Source: a bacterium
Lineage (GTDB): Bacteria > Fidelibacterota > Fidelibacteria > Fidelibacterales > Fidelibacteraceae
DNA: 64,000 bases
Assembly: GCA_963676395.1 (NCBI GenBank)
Contig: OY781066.1
Coordinates: 2,176,001 to 2,240,000 of the forward strand
Reading direction: 5' to 3'
Shown: piece by piece, positions 1 through 9,536 of the stretch
Numbering within the stretch: position 1 is the first letter of the stretch
How the letters are laid out: each line of letters starts with the position of its first letter
Made by a program: the position numbers and the translations under genes
Notes under the pieces: generated by a model
What the model was told of the DNA's origin: nothing
The model's input: only the letters and a program-made list of their open reading frames with translations
Database searches by the model: none

Positions 1-557
1 TCTAAAGCGGCTGAACCTGGTCGACGTATTCCTTGAACTAATTTGTGGAAGTGATCAAATTCTTTCAAATTATTATCCGGATTCGTTGGATAATCGTAGG
101 GAAAACCGGTTGCAAACATACATTCTTTCCATTTCGTACTGCTTGACACTTTTATTCTACTTCCATTAAGAAAAGAGCCTTCTCCTTTTTGTGCCTCGAA
201 AAGATAATTTATAATGGGATTGTAAACATAGCCATGGGTTGCAACTCCATCTTCATAAAGTGCCAAAGAAATGCAAACGAATGGCAAACCATGGACGAAA
301 TTTACCGTACCGTCAATAGGATCTATGATCCATAGCTTATCCGCTTCTTTCATTTTATTGTCGGTTTCTTCAGAAAGATATTTCGAACCGGGAAGCAGTT
401 TTGAAAGTCTATCCATTAAGTAAGCTTCAACCTGACGATCTACCTCAGTGACAAGATCCACTTCGGTTGATTTACTGTCTACCTTTTTCTTAGTATGAAT
501 ACGATCAGAAATGATCTTACCTGCATCTTCTAAAATTGATACGATCTTATCACGCAT
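1..557 (-). CDS. suhB: Inositol monophosphatase family protein (3' end outside window)
   Basis: Manual translation from ATG at 557: MRDKIVSILEDAG...DLVTEVDRQVE...SEE...WIIDPIDGTVNFVHG...GIRRPGSAAL, the IMPase motifs. AGGAG RBS upstream. Not in the ORF track because it is incomplete. Confidence 0.9.
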   Translation of the reverse strand, partial: MRDKIVSILEDAGKIISDRIHTKKKVDSKSTEVDLVTEVDRQVEAYLMDRLSKLLPGSKYLSEETDNKMKEADKLWIIDPIDGTVNFVHGLPFVCISLALYEDGVATHGYVYNPIINYLFEAQKGEGSFLNGSRIKVSSSTKWKECMFATGFPYDYPTNPDNNLKEFDHFHKLVQGIRRPGSAAL

Positions 558-651
558 AGGACTCCTAAAATATAATGTTGAATTATAAGACAATGATAAG
601 AAAGAAACAAGCGGGAGATTGGAAGAGTTGAGCGAGAAAACGATTACAAAA

Positions 652-683
652 AAGAAAGGAATGCTTGTAAGCATTCCTTTCTT
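652..683 (-). terminator. Rho-independent terminator downstream of the amidase gene
   Basis: Perfect 15-bp inverted repeat aagaaaggaatgctt-gt-aagcattcctttctt, with an A-run on its left (U-run on the minus strand). Confidence 0.8.
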
Positions 684-702
684 GTGTATTAAGATTTATG
701 AT

Positions 703-3378
703 TTATTTAACGAGCAACATTTTTTGGCTCATTGTTCCCATTCTGGTTTGTAGTTTTGCAACATAAATACCTGAAGGAAGAGGTCCAGCATTAAAGTTTA
801 CATTATAAGAACCGGCCATTTGGTTCTCGTGAACTAATGTTGCAATCAAGCGACCATGAACATTGTAGACAGAAAGATTTACATCGCTTGGTTGATCCAA
901 TGTGTAATTCAAAGTAGTTGAAGGATTGAAGGGGTTAGGGTAATTCTGTGATAGTGAGAATCCTGAAGGAATTTCCACATCATCAATGGCAACACCACCG
1001 GGTGTCATAACCGTAAGATCTTCAATGTAAATAGTTCCTTCGGCTGTTCCTGTGCTATCAACATATTCAATTTGGAACGAATCGAAACTCAGTTGTCCAT
1101 CTAACGTTCCATCAGAAACACCTTCCCAAGTACCGGTTTCGCCTTGGCGTAGATCCCATCTGATCAGTTTCCAACCGAGGAAGTCGATATTATACCATGG
1201 ACTGACTTCTGAACTACCTGAGCCGTCAGGGTCATCAACGGCAAAACGGAATTTATTATTTGATCCGTCACCAAAAACCCAAGCTTGCATAACATCACCG
1301 TTATCAAATTTTTTCGAAGCCGGAGTACTGGCGCCATTTAGCCATTGTCTGTAAAAACCGGTTTCAGCTTCGGAATCGAATTTATAGTAGAGTTTCATCG
1401 AAGAAGTGCTACCATTGCAATGGTTGACAACCTCAGTATCTGCAATTCTTTCACCTGCGATCAAATTGCTATTGCTTCCACTAAAGTCCCAGTTTTTCCA
1501 ATTGCCGGTTACGGATGCAGATGTAAAGGCGTCGATAATAAGTGTATCGGCATAATAAGGAATATTGGAATTAATGATGATGCTTGAAGTTTGTCTTGTT
1601 GTTGTAGTATTATCAAAAAGGTCAGAGATTCCTTGATAAATAATTCTCATATATTGATTAGAACGTTGTAATTCTTGCGTGGGGAAGAGGGATACAACCG
1701 TTTGCCCATTTACAGTATAAGAATCAAATTCAAAAGGTATTTCAATATCATCACCGGTAGTACGGTAGAATCGATATTTATCTTTTAGATTTGTTGGTAC
1801 ATCGATCACTTCGTCATATACATATGAAATAATAGGTTGTAGGTCAGAATACCTCTGGTTTCTACTAGGATACCATACTGCGATTTTAGGAGCAAAAATA
1901 TCTTTTGGACTTGTTGTAAAGTTTAATACAAAATCATCTCCGGCAATACCGTCACCATTCCCATCTAAATTCTGATCTCTGTTACCAGTAATACTATCGG
2001 CGTTAAGAGTAATAGTGTATGCTGTTTCGACTTCAAGACTGTCATTAACAGCTGTTAGTGACAGAATTTTATTGTTTGAAGACCAAGTAAAGTTTAAATC
2101 AATTGCAGGGACAATCGAGAATCCGCTTTTTACCGCAGCTGTATCCATGCTGTGTGAGAACTCCAAGCTAACAGCTTCCCATGCAGGATGTTCCGATTCG
2201 TTGTTTTTAGGTGTAAACTTTTTTACATAAGGTGCTGCCGAAGAGGTCATATACAAGTTTTTAGTCCAGAAAAATTTTGAAGAATCAACAGTAATGGTCG
2301 TTGTGTCAGTCCAGTAACCTGGCGCTTCATAAATTAATTCATAATCTCCATAAGCTAAACTATCGAACAGATAAAAACCGTTATTTCTATTGTAACCATG
2401 ATTATTATTATAGCCGTTCATATAATAATCGTAATTACCTGAATTATCAATCGCCGCCCAGTTGGTTGCGCTGATAGGTGAACCTGTTGTGATCTGTGAC
2501 CATTGAGGAGTGTATTCATCAATATACATGGTTCTATTTCCGTAATACACTTTTGCTGCACTTGTATCACCAATGGGATAAATTGTCATTTTAATGCTAT
2601 CAATAGGTTGATACTGATCATTGCTGCCACTGAGATATTCGTAATCTGTCAGGTTTTCTTTTGTCCTGACGATTCCGGCAAGGTTTACCATTTTTGGTAG
2701 GGGTTCGCCATAATATTGCAAAAATGCCAATGCCATAGCCCAGGCATCATTGATACGATAATCTAGATTTTGTAGACGATATGTGTTGGGCCAATAATCA
2801 TGAAAAGAACTTTCAGACAAAACACCGGGGATATCTAAATAACGAAAAACACCTAAATAATTACGATTATTTCCATAAAACGTATAATCACCTGCATGCC
2901 AATAACTTGTTGTTTGACAGGCATCCACGATGTTGCTTCCCATATAATTTGACATTGCCAGGGCGCCGGAATAATGTGTTTGGCTCGGGTTCATGATCGG
3001 ATCTCCGGTAAAACCTGAATATAACATTAGAGTAGAATTTCCACCTGAGGCATTGGTATGAGTAGAATGAAACCAATCACAGTTTTGGTTTGTAGCGTCA
3101 GATCCAAGACTTGATAAAGCTGATCCATCGGATGTACGATTATGTCTACGAGAGAGAACGACATTAGCGCCCCAACGCTCAAGAACGGTTTCCATTACCA
3201 AAGCTCGAGTTAGATTACCTTCTGATTCCCAAAAACCGGCATCATTGATTGGTGGTCTATCACCTGAATCGTGCCCACCGTGGCCGGGGTTTAAGTAAAT
3301 TTTCTTTCCATTTAAGTTTTGTGCAGAAAGAATACTTAGCATTGCGAGTAGTATAATAAATATTTTTTTCATGTTCAT
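703..3378 (-). CDS. Secreted N-acetylmuramoyl-L-alanine amidase with Ig-like (Big_5-type) domains and a T9SS-like C-terminal sorting domain
   Basis: Signal peptide; Amidase_3 motifs IYLNPGHGG..E..HSTHTNA..LSE; two Ig-like repeats; C-terminal FSLSQNYPNPFNPSTT...KMLLVK. Confidence 0.85.
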   Translation of the reverse strand: MNMKKIFIILLAMLSILSAQNLNGKKIYLNPGHGGHDSGDRPPINDAGFWESEGNLTRALVMETVLERWGANVVLSRRHNRTSDGSALSSLGSDATNQNCDWFHSTHTNASGGNSTLMLYSGFTGDPIMNPSQTHYSGALAMSNYMGSNIVDACQTTSYWHAGDYTFYGNNRNYLGVFRYLDIPGVLSESSFHDYWPNTYRLQNLDYRINDAWAMALAFLQYYGEPLPKMVNLAGIVRTKENLTDYEYLSGSNDQYQPIDSIKMTIYPIGDTSAAKVYYGNRTMYIDEYTPQWSQITTGSPISATNWAAIDNSGNYDYYMNGYNNNHGYNRNNGFYLFDSLAYGDYELIYEAPGYWTDTTTITVDSSKFFWTKNLYMTSSAAPYVKKFTPKNNESEHPAWEAVSLEFSHSMDTAAVKSGFSIVPAIDLNFTWSSNNKILSLTAVNDSLEVETAYTITLNADSITGNRDQNLDGNGDGIAGDDFVLNFTTSPKDIFAPKIAVWYPSRNQRYSDLQPIISYVYDEVIDVPTNLKDKYRFYRTTGDDIEIPFEFDSYTVNGQTVVSLFPTQELQRSNQYMRIIYQGISDLFDNTTTTRQTSSIIINSNIPYYADTLIIDAFTSASVTGNWKNWDFSGSNSNLIAGERIADTEVVNHCNGSTSSMKLYYKFDSEAETGFYRQWLNGASTPASKKFDNGDVMQAWVFGDGSNNKFRFAVDDPDGSGSSEVSPWYNIDFLGWKLIRWDLRQGETGTWEGVSDGTLDGQLSFDSFQIEYVDSTGTAEGTIYIEDLTVMTPGGVAIDDVEIPSGFSLSQNYPNPFNPSTTLNYTLDQPSDVNLSVYNVHGRLIATLVHENQMAGSYNVNFNAGPLPSGIYVAKLQTRMGTMSQKMLLVK

Positions 3379-3381
3379 TCC

Positions 3382-4266
3382 TTACTTGATATCTAAAGTT
3401 ATGATCATGATCTTATCTTCCTGAGCGTCTTCACATACGATTTTTTTACCGTCAGGTGACCACGATGGATACATTTCCATATTGTCTTTAGTGTGTGTTA
3501 ATTGAAATACTTCTCCGTCAGCTACGCGAACAAGAAATAGATCGGAAGAAACAAAGACATGCCCATCATCAGAATCGCGCATAAACACGATCCATTTACC
3601 ATCAGGTGACCATTTGGGAGCACGAGCTTCTTCGACTTTCATTTTGATATTACCATAAAGATCCATGACATACAGATCATTTACATCAACAAAAGCAATA
3701 AGTTCGTTGTTTGGGGCAAACGATGGCCACAAATAGAATTTATCATCACCAAGAGGCTTTAACGATTTGCTGGTGCCGTATGTGTTAATAAGTAATGATC
3801 TGTTGTAAGAAATTACGTATGGTCTCGAAAGTGATGCTTTAGAAAGACTTTGGTCCATTTTTAAAACATCCTTTTCAATGAAATATATACCATGTTCAGT
3901 AATTTTAGGTATAACATCCAATCTTTTCTTATCAATAAGTACAGTTGTTTTTTCATTTTTGGTGTCAAACTGTTTGACAGAATTCATTCTTAAGCCATCA
4001 ATATAACTGTCAATGCGATAGATGATTTTACCATCAATATCCATGACATAATCATATGCTGATTTTGAAAAATGTTTTAATGTTTTGTTCTCTAAATTGT
4101 AAATACTACCACCGTCAAGTGAGTTGAATACAATGTTTTTTCCATCTGCACTAAAAATAGGTTGTATAGTATTATCGCCAAGTTTAAGTGATTGAATATC
4201 AGTCACATCAACTTTGGCGAAAAGGGCCGCTGCGAACAGCATAAGTATGAGTACACTTTTTTTCAT
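3382..4266 (-). CDS. TolB-like / PD40 beta-propeller periplasmic protein
   Basis: PIFSADG, PKWSPDGKWI and PSWSPDGKKI repeats. Start moved to MKKSVL (ATG 4266, GGAGG RBS), followed by a signal peptide. Confidence 0.75.
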   Translation of the reverse strand: MKKSVLILMLFAAALFAKVDVTDIQSLKLGDNTIQPIFSADGKNIVFNSLDGGSIYNLENKTLKHFSKSAYDYVMDIDGKIIYRIDSYIDGLRMNSVKQFDTKNEKTTVLIDKKRLDVIPKITEHGIYFIEKDVLKMDQSLSKASLSRPYVISYNRSLLINTYGTSKSLKPLGDDKFYLWPSFAPNNELIAFVDVNDLYVMDLYGNIKMKVEEARAPKWSPDGKWIVFMRDSDDGHVFVSSDLFLVRVADGEVFQLTHTKDNMEMYPSWSPDGKKIVCEDAQEDKIMIITLDIK

Positions 4267-4437
4267 GTAATCCTCCAAATCAATTAGTCGGTTAAATCGC
4301 GTTAATATAAATTTTAATTCATGTATTTCCAACTTAAAGCGAAGAAAATTGTTTCAATTAATATTATTGAAGAAAATAAAAAAATGTAAGGGGGCGACCT
4401 ATATGTCTATTCAGATAAATGATAATTTATGTATAAT

Positions 4438-4477
4438 AAATTGAAAGAGCGGACACGTAGGTCCGCTCTTTCAATTT
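4438..4477 (-). terminator. Terminator-like hairpin downstream of lat
   Basis: Long inverted repeat aaattgaaagagcggac-acgtag-gtccgctctttcaattt. Confidence 0.75.
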
Positions 4478-4499
4478 CGTTATGACGAATATTGGTTGT

Positions 4500-5807
4500 T
4501 TACATTTCTTTAAGTACTTTGCGAATTACATCACAACCGTGATCAATTTCTTCTTTGGAAACATTTAAATGGGGACGGAAGCGCATAGATTTATCTCCGC
4601 AGAGGAGTATCATGACTTTATTATCCCACATTTTACCAAGGAATTTGTCACGTTTTTCGCCTGTAGGCAGATCAAACGCGCACATCAATCCTTTACCGCG
4701 AACATTGGAGATCAATGCAGGATAGTCGGCTTCGATCTTTTTGAGTTCTTCAAGAAGATAAGCGCCTGTTTCGGCTGCTTTTTCTACGAGGTTTTCTTTT
4801 TCGATGACTTCGAGTGTGAATTTAAAACGAAGCATATCTATCAAGTTACCACCCCATGTTGAGTTGATACGGCTTGATTCTACAAAAACGTTATCTTTAA
4901 TTTCATCTAATTTAGGTCCGGCAAGAATACCACATACCTGAGTTTTTTTACCAAAAGAGATAATGTCAGGTTTGACACCATAGTTTTGGTGTGCCCAGAA
5001 TTTTCCGGTCAAACCAACACCACTTTGAACTTCGTCAAAGATCAATAGAATATCATTTGCATCACAAATGTCGCGCATAGCCTGGAAGAAGCTTTCACTG
5101 AAGTGGTTGTCTCCACCTTCACCCTGAATAGGTTCGATGATCATACAAGCGATATCCTTTGCTTCCTTGGCAACGACATCTTTGATCTCGGCCAAGGCTT
5201 TGGCTTCGAGTGCTTCGTTGGCTTCTTTATTATCTTCCAAGGGAAAAGTCAATTTAGGATTGGTTACGCGTGGCCAATCGAACATTGGGAAATACTGAGT
5301 CTTGCGTGGATCTGAAGTATTGGTCAATGAGAGAGTATAGCCTGTACGTCCATGGAAAGCTTGTTTGAAATGTAGGACTTTCAAGCCAACCCATTCGGTT
5401 TCGCCTTTTTCAAAGTTCTTGCGGACTTTCCAGTCAAACGCGGTTTTTAGAGCGTTTTCTACAGCCAAGCCACCACCCGAAACAAAAAATGCTTTTGGTA
5501 GGTAATCCGGAATACCAACGCGTGAGAAGGTGTCCATAAAATCGGCCATTTCTTCGGAATAAATATCTGAATTGGTCGGTTTGTTAACAGCTACGCGAGC
5601 GAACTCATCTTTCTTGGATACCAAATAGGGATGGTTGAATCCAATAGAAAGAGACGCGAACATGGAAAAGAAATCTAAATATTCTTCGCCGTTTCGTTTG
5701 TCAACGAGCCAGGAACCATGTGATTTGTCAAGGTCTACAATGACGTCAAAACCGTCTGTAAGCATATGCTTGGCCAGAACCTTTTTAACTTCAGTTGCTT
5801 TTATCAT
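4500..5807 (-). CDS. lat: L-lysine 6-transaminase (class III PLP aminotransferase)
   Basis: HMLTDGFD, AFHGRTGY, EPIQGEGGD, DEVQSG, FGKKTQV, RINSTWGG; adjacent to an ALDH7 gene. Confidence 0.9.
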   Translation of the reverse strand: MIKATEVKKVLAKHMLTDGFDVIVDLDKSHGSWLVDKRNGEEYLDFFSMFASLSIGFNHPYLVSKKDEFARVAVNKPTNSDIYSEEMADFMDTFSRVGIPDYLPKAFFVSGGGLAVENALKTAFDWKVRKNFEKGETEWVGLKVLHFKQAFHGRTGYTLSLTNTSDPRKTQYFPMFDWPRVTNPKLTFPLEDNKEANEALEAKALAEIKDVVAKEAKDIACMIIEPIQGEGGDNHFSESFFQAMRDICDANDILLIFDEVQSGVGLTGKFWAHQNYGVKPDIISFGKKTQVCGILAGPKLDEIKDNVFVESSRINSTWGGNLIDMLRFKFTLEVIEKENLVEKAAETGAYLLEELKKIEADYPALISNVRGKGLMCAFDLPTGEKRDKFLGKMWDNKVMILLCGDKSMRFRPHLNVSKEEIDHGCDVIRKVLKEM

Positions 5808-5842
5808 ATAGTCTCCTTTATTATTGGGCCTAAGCCACAGTT

Positions 5843-7381
5843 TTAAATATTAAATTTGATGCCTTGTGCGAGAGGCAAGTCTTTTGAGTAATTAATTGTG
5901 TTAGTTTGGCGACGCATGTAACCTTTCCAGGCATCGGAACCGGATTCACGACCGCCACCGGTTTCTTTTTCACCACCGAAAGCGCCACCAATCTCAGCAC
6001 CGGAGGTACCGATGTTAATATTAGCGATACCACAGTCCGAACCACGGCAAGAAAGAAAAAGTTCAGCTTCACGGACATCTTGAGTAAAGATAGCCGATGA
6101 AAGTCCTTGAACCACATCATTCTGGATGGCAATAGCGTTTTCTACATCACCTTTGTATTTCAGTAAATACAGGATAGGTGCAAAGGTTTCTTCCTGAATG
6201 ATAGGCATAGAGTTGATACCTTCGACGATCGTTGGTTTTACATAAGTGCCTGTTTCGTAATCTTTACCGTTTAATACCTGGTTTCCGCATAGGATTTTTC
6301 CGCCTTGCTCTTTCGCAGCAGCGATAGCATCTGAGTACATTTGAGCTGCATCGGTATCAATGAGGGGACCAACATGGTTTGTTTCATCCATAGGTGATCC
6401 GATCTTGAGTGATTTATAAGCTTTTACCAATGATTTTTTAACCTGATCGTACATGTCTTCGTGAATGATCACACGGCGTGTTGATGTACAACGTTGTCCG
6501 GCTGTTCCAACGGCACCAAATACGATACCCGGGATAGCAAGTTTAAGATCGGCATTCTTGGTAACAATAATAGCGTTGTTACCGCCAAGTTCGCAGATGA
6601 CCTTACCGAATCGTGAAGCAACCACTTCATTCGCATGGCGACCGACACGTGTTGAACCGGTAATAGAGATCAAAGCAACTTCTTTATCTTGAAGCATCGC
6701 TTCACCAACGTCACGACCTGAGCCGATCACAAGGTTAAAGATACCTTCGGGTAGGTCATTTTCTTTTAAAACTTCAGCAACGATCTTTTGAGTTGCGATA
6801 GCTGTCAAAGGAACTTTTGATGAAGGTTTCCAAATACATACATCACCGCAAACAGCTGCCAGCATAGCATTCCAGGCCCATACGGCGACAGGGAAGTTAA
6901 AGGCTGAAATAATACCCACGATACCGATGGGATGATATTGATCATACATGCGGTGTTCGGGGCGTTCTGAATGCATGGTAGAACCGTAAAGCTGTCGTGA
7001 TAGACCCACTGCAAAATCACATATGTCTATCATTTCCTGAACTTCGCCGTAACCTTCTTGTATGGATTTACCCATTTCAAGCGTTACAAGTTCACCGAGT
7101 TCTTCTTTATATTCGCGCAGTTTTAAGCCAATTTGACGAACGATTTCACCGCGTTGTGGAGCGGGTATGTTGCGCCATACCGAAAATGCGCGAGAGGCCT
7201 GTTTTTTTACGGCCTGGTAATCTTCGTTAGAACAAGTTTGCACCTTAGCAAGATGCGTACCGTCGATAGGAGAAGAAATATCCAATGTTTTTGTAGCAGT
7301 TGATGCGACCCATTCGCGGCCAGTAGAACAACCACTGTTTGTTTTGTTAATACCAAGTTTTTTCAATAAAGTTGATGACAT
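5843..7381 (-). CDS. pcd: ALDH7-family aldehyde dehydrogenase (aminoadipate-semialdehyde / piperideine-6-carboxylate dehydrogenase)
   Basis: AFNFPVAVW, ELGGNNA, GTAGQRCT, EETFAP, GAEIGGAFGGEKETGGGRESGSDAW, LPLAQGIKF. Confidence 0.9.
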   Translation of the reverse strand: MSSTLLKKLGINKTNSGCSTGREWVASTATKTLDISSPIDGTHLAKVQTCSNEDYQAVKKQASRAFSVWRNIPAPQRGEIVRQIGLKLREYKEELGELVTLEMGKSIQEGYGEVQEMIDICDFAVGLSRQLYGSTMHSERPEHRMYDQYHPIGIVGIISAFNFPVAVWAWNAMLAAVCGDVCIWKPSSKVPLTAIATQKIVAEVLKENDLPEGIFNLVIGSGRDVGEAMLQDKEVALISITGSTRVGRHANEVVASRFGKVICELGGNNAIIVTKNADLKLAIPGIVFGAVGTAGQRCTSTRRVIIHEDMYDQVKKSLVKAYKSLKIGSPMDETNHVGPLIDTDAAQMYSDAIAAAKEQGGKILCGNQVLNGKDYETGTYVKPTIVEGINSMPIIQEETFAPILYLLKYKGDVENAIAIQNDVVQGLSSAIFTQDVREAELFLSCRGSDCGIANINIGTSGAEIGGAFGGEKETGGGRESGSDAWKGYMRRQTNTINYSKDLPLAQGIKFNI

Positions 7382-7396
7382 GTTATAAACCTCCGC

Positions 7397-7873
7397 TTAA
7401 CTTCGTTTATACTTTACAAAGACAAATTCATCGTAATCTTCCGACGATTCTTTAGTCCAATGATCAAGGTCGAATATAGGAAAATAAACATCGCCCTCAT
7501 AGTCTTTTTTCACCCAAGAAATGTACAGGTAATCGGCATATGAAAGTGCATGTTCGTAGGTATAAGCTCCGCCCATAATAAATATGGGTTTTCCCAGTTT
7601 ATTGCCTTCGGCCAAAGCTTCTTCCAACGATCTGCAGACGATGAGATTATCATTGCTTTCCAGTGTAGGGGAGATCACAATGTTGTTTCTGTTGGGCAAA
7701 AAAGGTCTACGTAGCGATAAATAAGTATTGTGCCCCATTAAAACGGTATTTCCGGTAGTTTGGCGCTTAAAATGCTTTAGATCCTCGGAAATATGCCAAG
7801 GAAGCTCGTTACCCTTACCGATGAGGCGATCTTGAGTCATGCCGACGATGATATTGACGGGTTGTTTGGTCAT
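7397..7873 (-). CDS. folA: Dihydrofolate reductase
   Basis: IGKGNELPWHISEDLKHFK, LPNRNNIV, GDVYFP; downstream of thyA. Confidence 0.92.
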   Translation of the reverse strand: MTKQPVNIIVGMTQDRLIGKGNELPWHISEDLKHFKRQTTGNTVLMGHNTYLSLRRPFLPNRNNIVISPTLESNDNLIVCRSLEEALAEGNKLGKPIFIMGGAYTYEHALSYADYLYISWVKKDYEGDVYFPIFDLDHWTKESSEDYDEFVFVKYKRS

Positions 7874-7945
7874 AAAATAATATCTCCATTTTATAGGGTG
7901 CGGTCGTGATCGCGCTTTACCTACAATAATGTTAGAATTTGGGTT

Positions 7946-8812
7946 TTATACTGCCACTCCAAATTTGATCTTTGGTGCGGCTTCGTAATTGCTTAATTCA
8001 AAATCTTCAAAGCTTAATTCAGCCAGTGGTTTGTTTGCAATGCTCATGGTGGGTAATGGCCCCGGTGTTCGTGTCAATTGCTCTTTGAGTCCATCAATAT
8101 GATTTTCATAAATATGTGCATCAATAACAGTATGAGCAAATTCACCCGGCTCATAACCGCATTCCTGTGCCAGGATCATGGTTAATAAGGAATAGCAAGC
8201 CAAATTAAAAGGAATACCTAAAGCGATATCACCGGAGCGTTGGGTGAGGTGGCAGTTTAATTTATTGCCGCTGACATTAAAACAGAATGAATAATGACAA
8301 GGAGGCAATTTGCTTTCTGCGGCATTGCCCGGGTGCCATGCCGAAACCACCATGCGGCGAAGATTTGGAGTATTGGGATTGACCTTGATCTCTTTCAGTG
8401 TATCAATTACGAATTGGATCTGATCAAAGACTAAAGTTCCGGTTTCAGGATCGCGATAGGTCCACTTGGTTTTCCAGTTTTCACCGGGAAGATGACCTGT
8501 TTCGGGAACCGGGAAACGACGCCAGAAACGACCGTAAGCCGTTTCAAGAAGACCTTCTTCATCTGCCCACGCATCCCATATCTTTGTTTTAGTGCGTAGA
8601 TCCTTAATATGGTTTTCACCGCTTAAATACCAGAGTAATTCATGCAACATGGATTTATAGTACATTTTTTTAGTTGTCAAAAGAGGATAACCCTTGGAAA
8701 TATCCACTTTATAAAAGTAAGCGAAAGATGAAATGGTTGATACACCGGTTCGGTTGGTCTTTTTAACGCCATTCTCCAAAACATAATTTACCATATCAAG
8801 ATATTGTTGCAT
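7946..8812 (-). CDS. thyA: Thymidylate synthase
   Basis: NRTG, LPPCH, QRSGDIALGIPFN, AHIYENH. Confidence 0.95.
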   Translation of the reverse strand: MQQYLDMVNYVLENGVKKTNRTGVSTISSFAYFYKVDISKGYPLLTTKKMYYKSMLHELLWYLSGENHIKDLRTKTKIWDAWADEEGLLETAYGRFWRRFPVPETGHLPGENWKTKWTYRDPETGTLVFDQIQFVIDTLKEIKVNPNTPNLRRMVVSAWHPGNAAESKLPPCHYSFCFNVSGNKLNCHLTQRSGDIALGIPFNLACYSLLTMILAQECGYEPGEFAHTVIDAHIYENHIDGLKEQLTRTPGPLPTMSIANKPLAELSFEDFELSNYEAAPKIKFGVAV

Positions 8813-8983
8813 GAAATTTGCTCCTCAGGTCTATTTAATTCAGTAGTGATATTAAGAAAAAAAATGGAAAAATACAATTTCAATCAATTATAAACTGTGA
8901 GCAATAAATGGGATTTGTAGTTAGGGAAAAGCCAAAAAATACATTTAGCTTGTTTTTAATAGTGATATAAAACGTATTGATAG

Positions 8984-9001
8984 CGTACGTAAAACCGTAC
9001 G
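8984..9001. promoter_or_regulatory. Probable YefM-YoeB operator (two CGTACG palindromes)
   Basis: CGTACG at 8984-8989 and 8996-9001, centres 12 bp apart, just upstream of the antitoxin start. Confidence 0.6.
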
Positions 9002-9010
9002 GAGTAATAA

Positions 9011-9253
9011 ATGAAAACAATCAATATAAGCAATGTAAGAAAAGAGCTCTATATACTTGTTGACCAGGTTAAGGAAGCTCATGAACCCGTATACATTACA
9101 GGTAAAAATAATTCGGCTGTATTAATATCTGACGAGGATTGGCGATCAATTGAGGAAACCATGTATTTGATTTCTATTCCGGGTATGAGGGAGTCAATTG
9201 TGGATAGCATGAAAGAAGACCCCAAGGACTTAGATACTGAACCGGGTTGGTAA
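9011..9253 (+). CDS. yefM: Phd/YefM family antitoxin
   Basis: 80 aa; HEPVYIT...AVLISDEDWRSIEETMYL..PGMRESI. Confidence 0.9.
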   Translation: MKTINISNVRKELYILVDQVKEAHEPVYITGKNNSAVLISDEDWRSIEETMYLISIPGMRESIVDSMKEDPKDLDTEPGW

Positions 9254-9255
9254 TC

Positions 9256-9516
9256 ATGTATCAAATCGTATACTGCAAGCAAGCTCAAAAAGATGCAAAA
9301 AAAGCATCGATGGCAGGATTAAAGCTAAAGATTGTTAAATTATTGAACATTATAAAGAATGATCCATTTCAAACTCCACTGCCATATGAAAAACTGTTAG
9401 GCGATCTTAGTGGAGCATTTTCGCGTCGAATTAACATTCAGCATCGCTTGGTATACCAAGTATATGAGAAAAAGAAGATCATTAAAGTGATCAGGATGTG
9501 GACGTACTATCAATAA
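9256..9516 (+). CDS. yoeB: Txe/YoeB family toxin
   Basis: PYEKLLGDLSGAFSRRINIQHRLVY...RMWTYY. ATG 9256 preferred over TTG 9247. Confidence 0.9.
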   Translation: MYQIVYCKQAQKDAKKASMAGLKLKIVKLLNIIKNDPFQTPLPYEKLLGDLSGAFSRRINIQHRLVYQVYEKKKIIKVIRMWTYYQ

Positions 9517-9536
9517 ATATAGTACTCATATAATAT

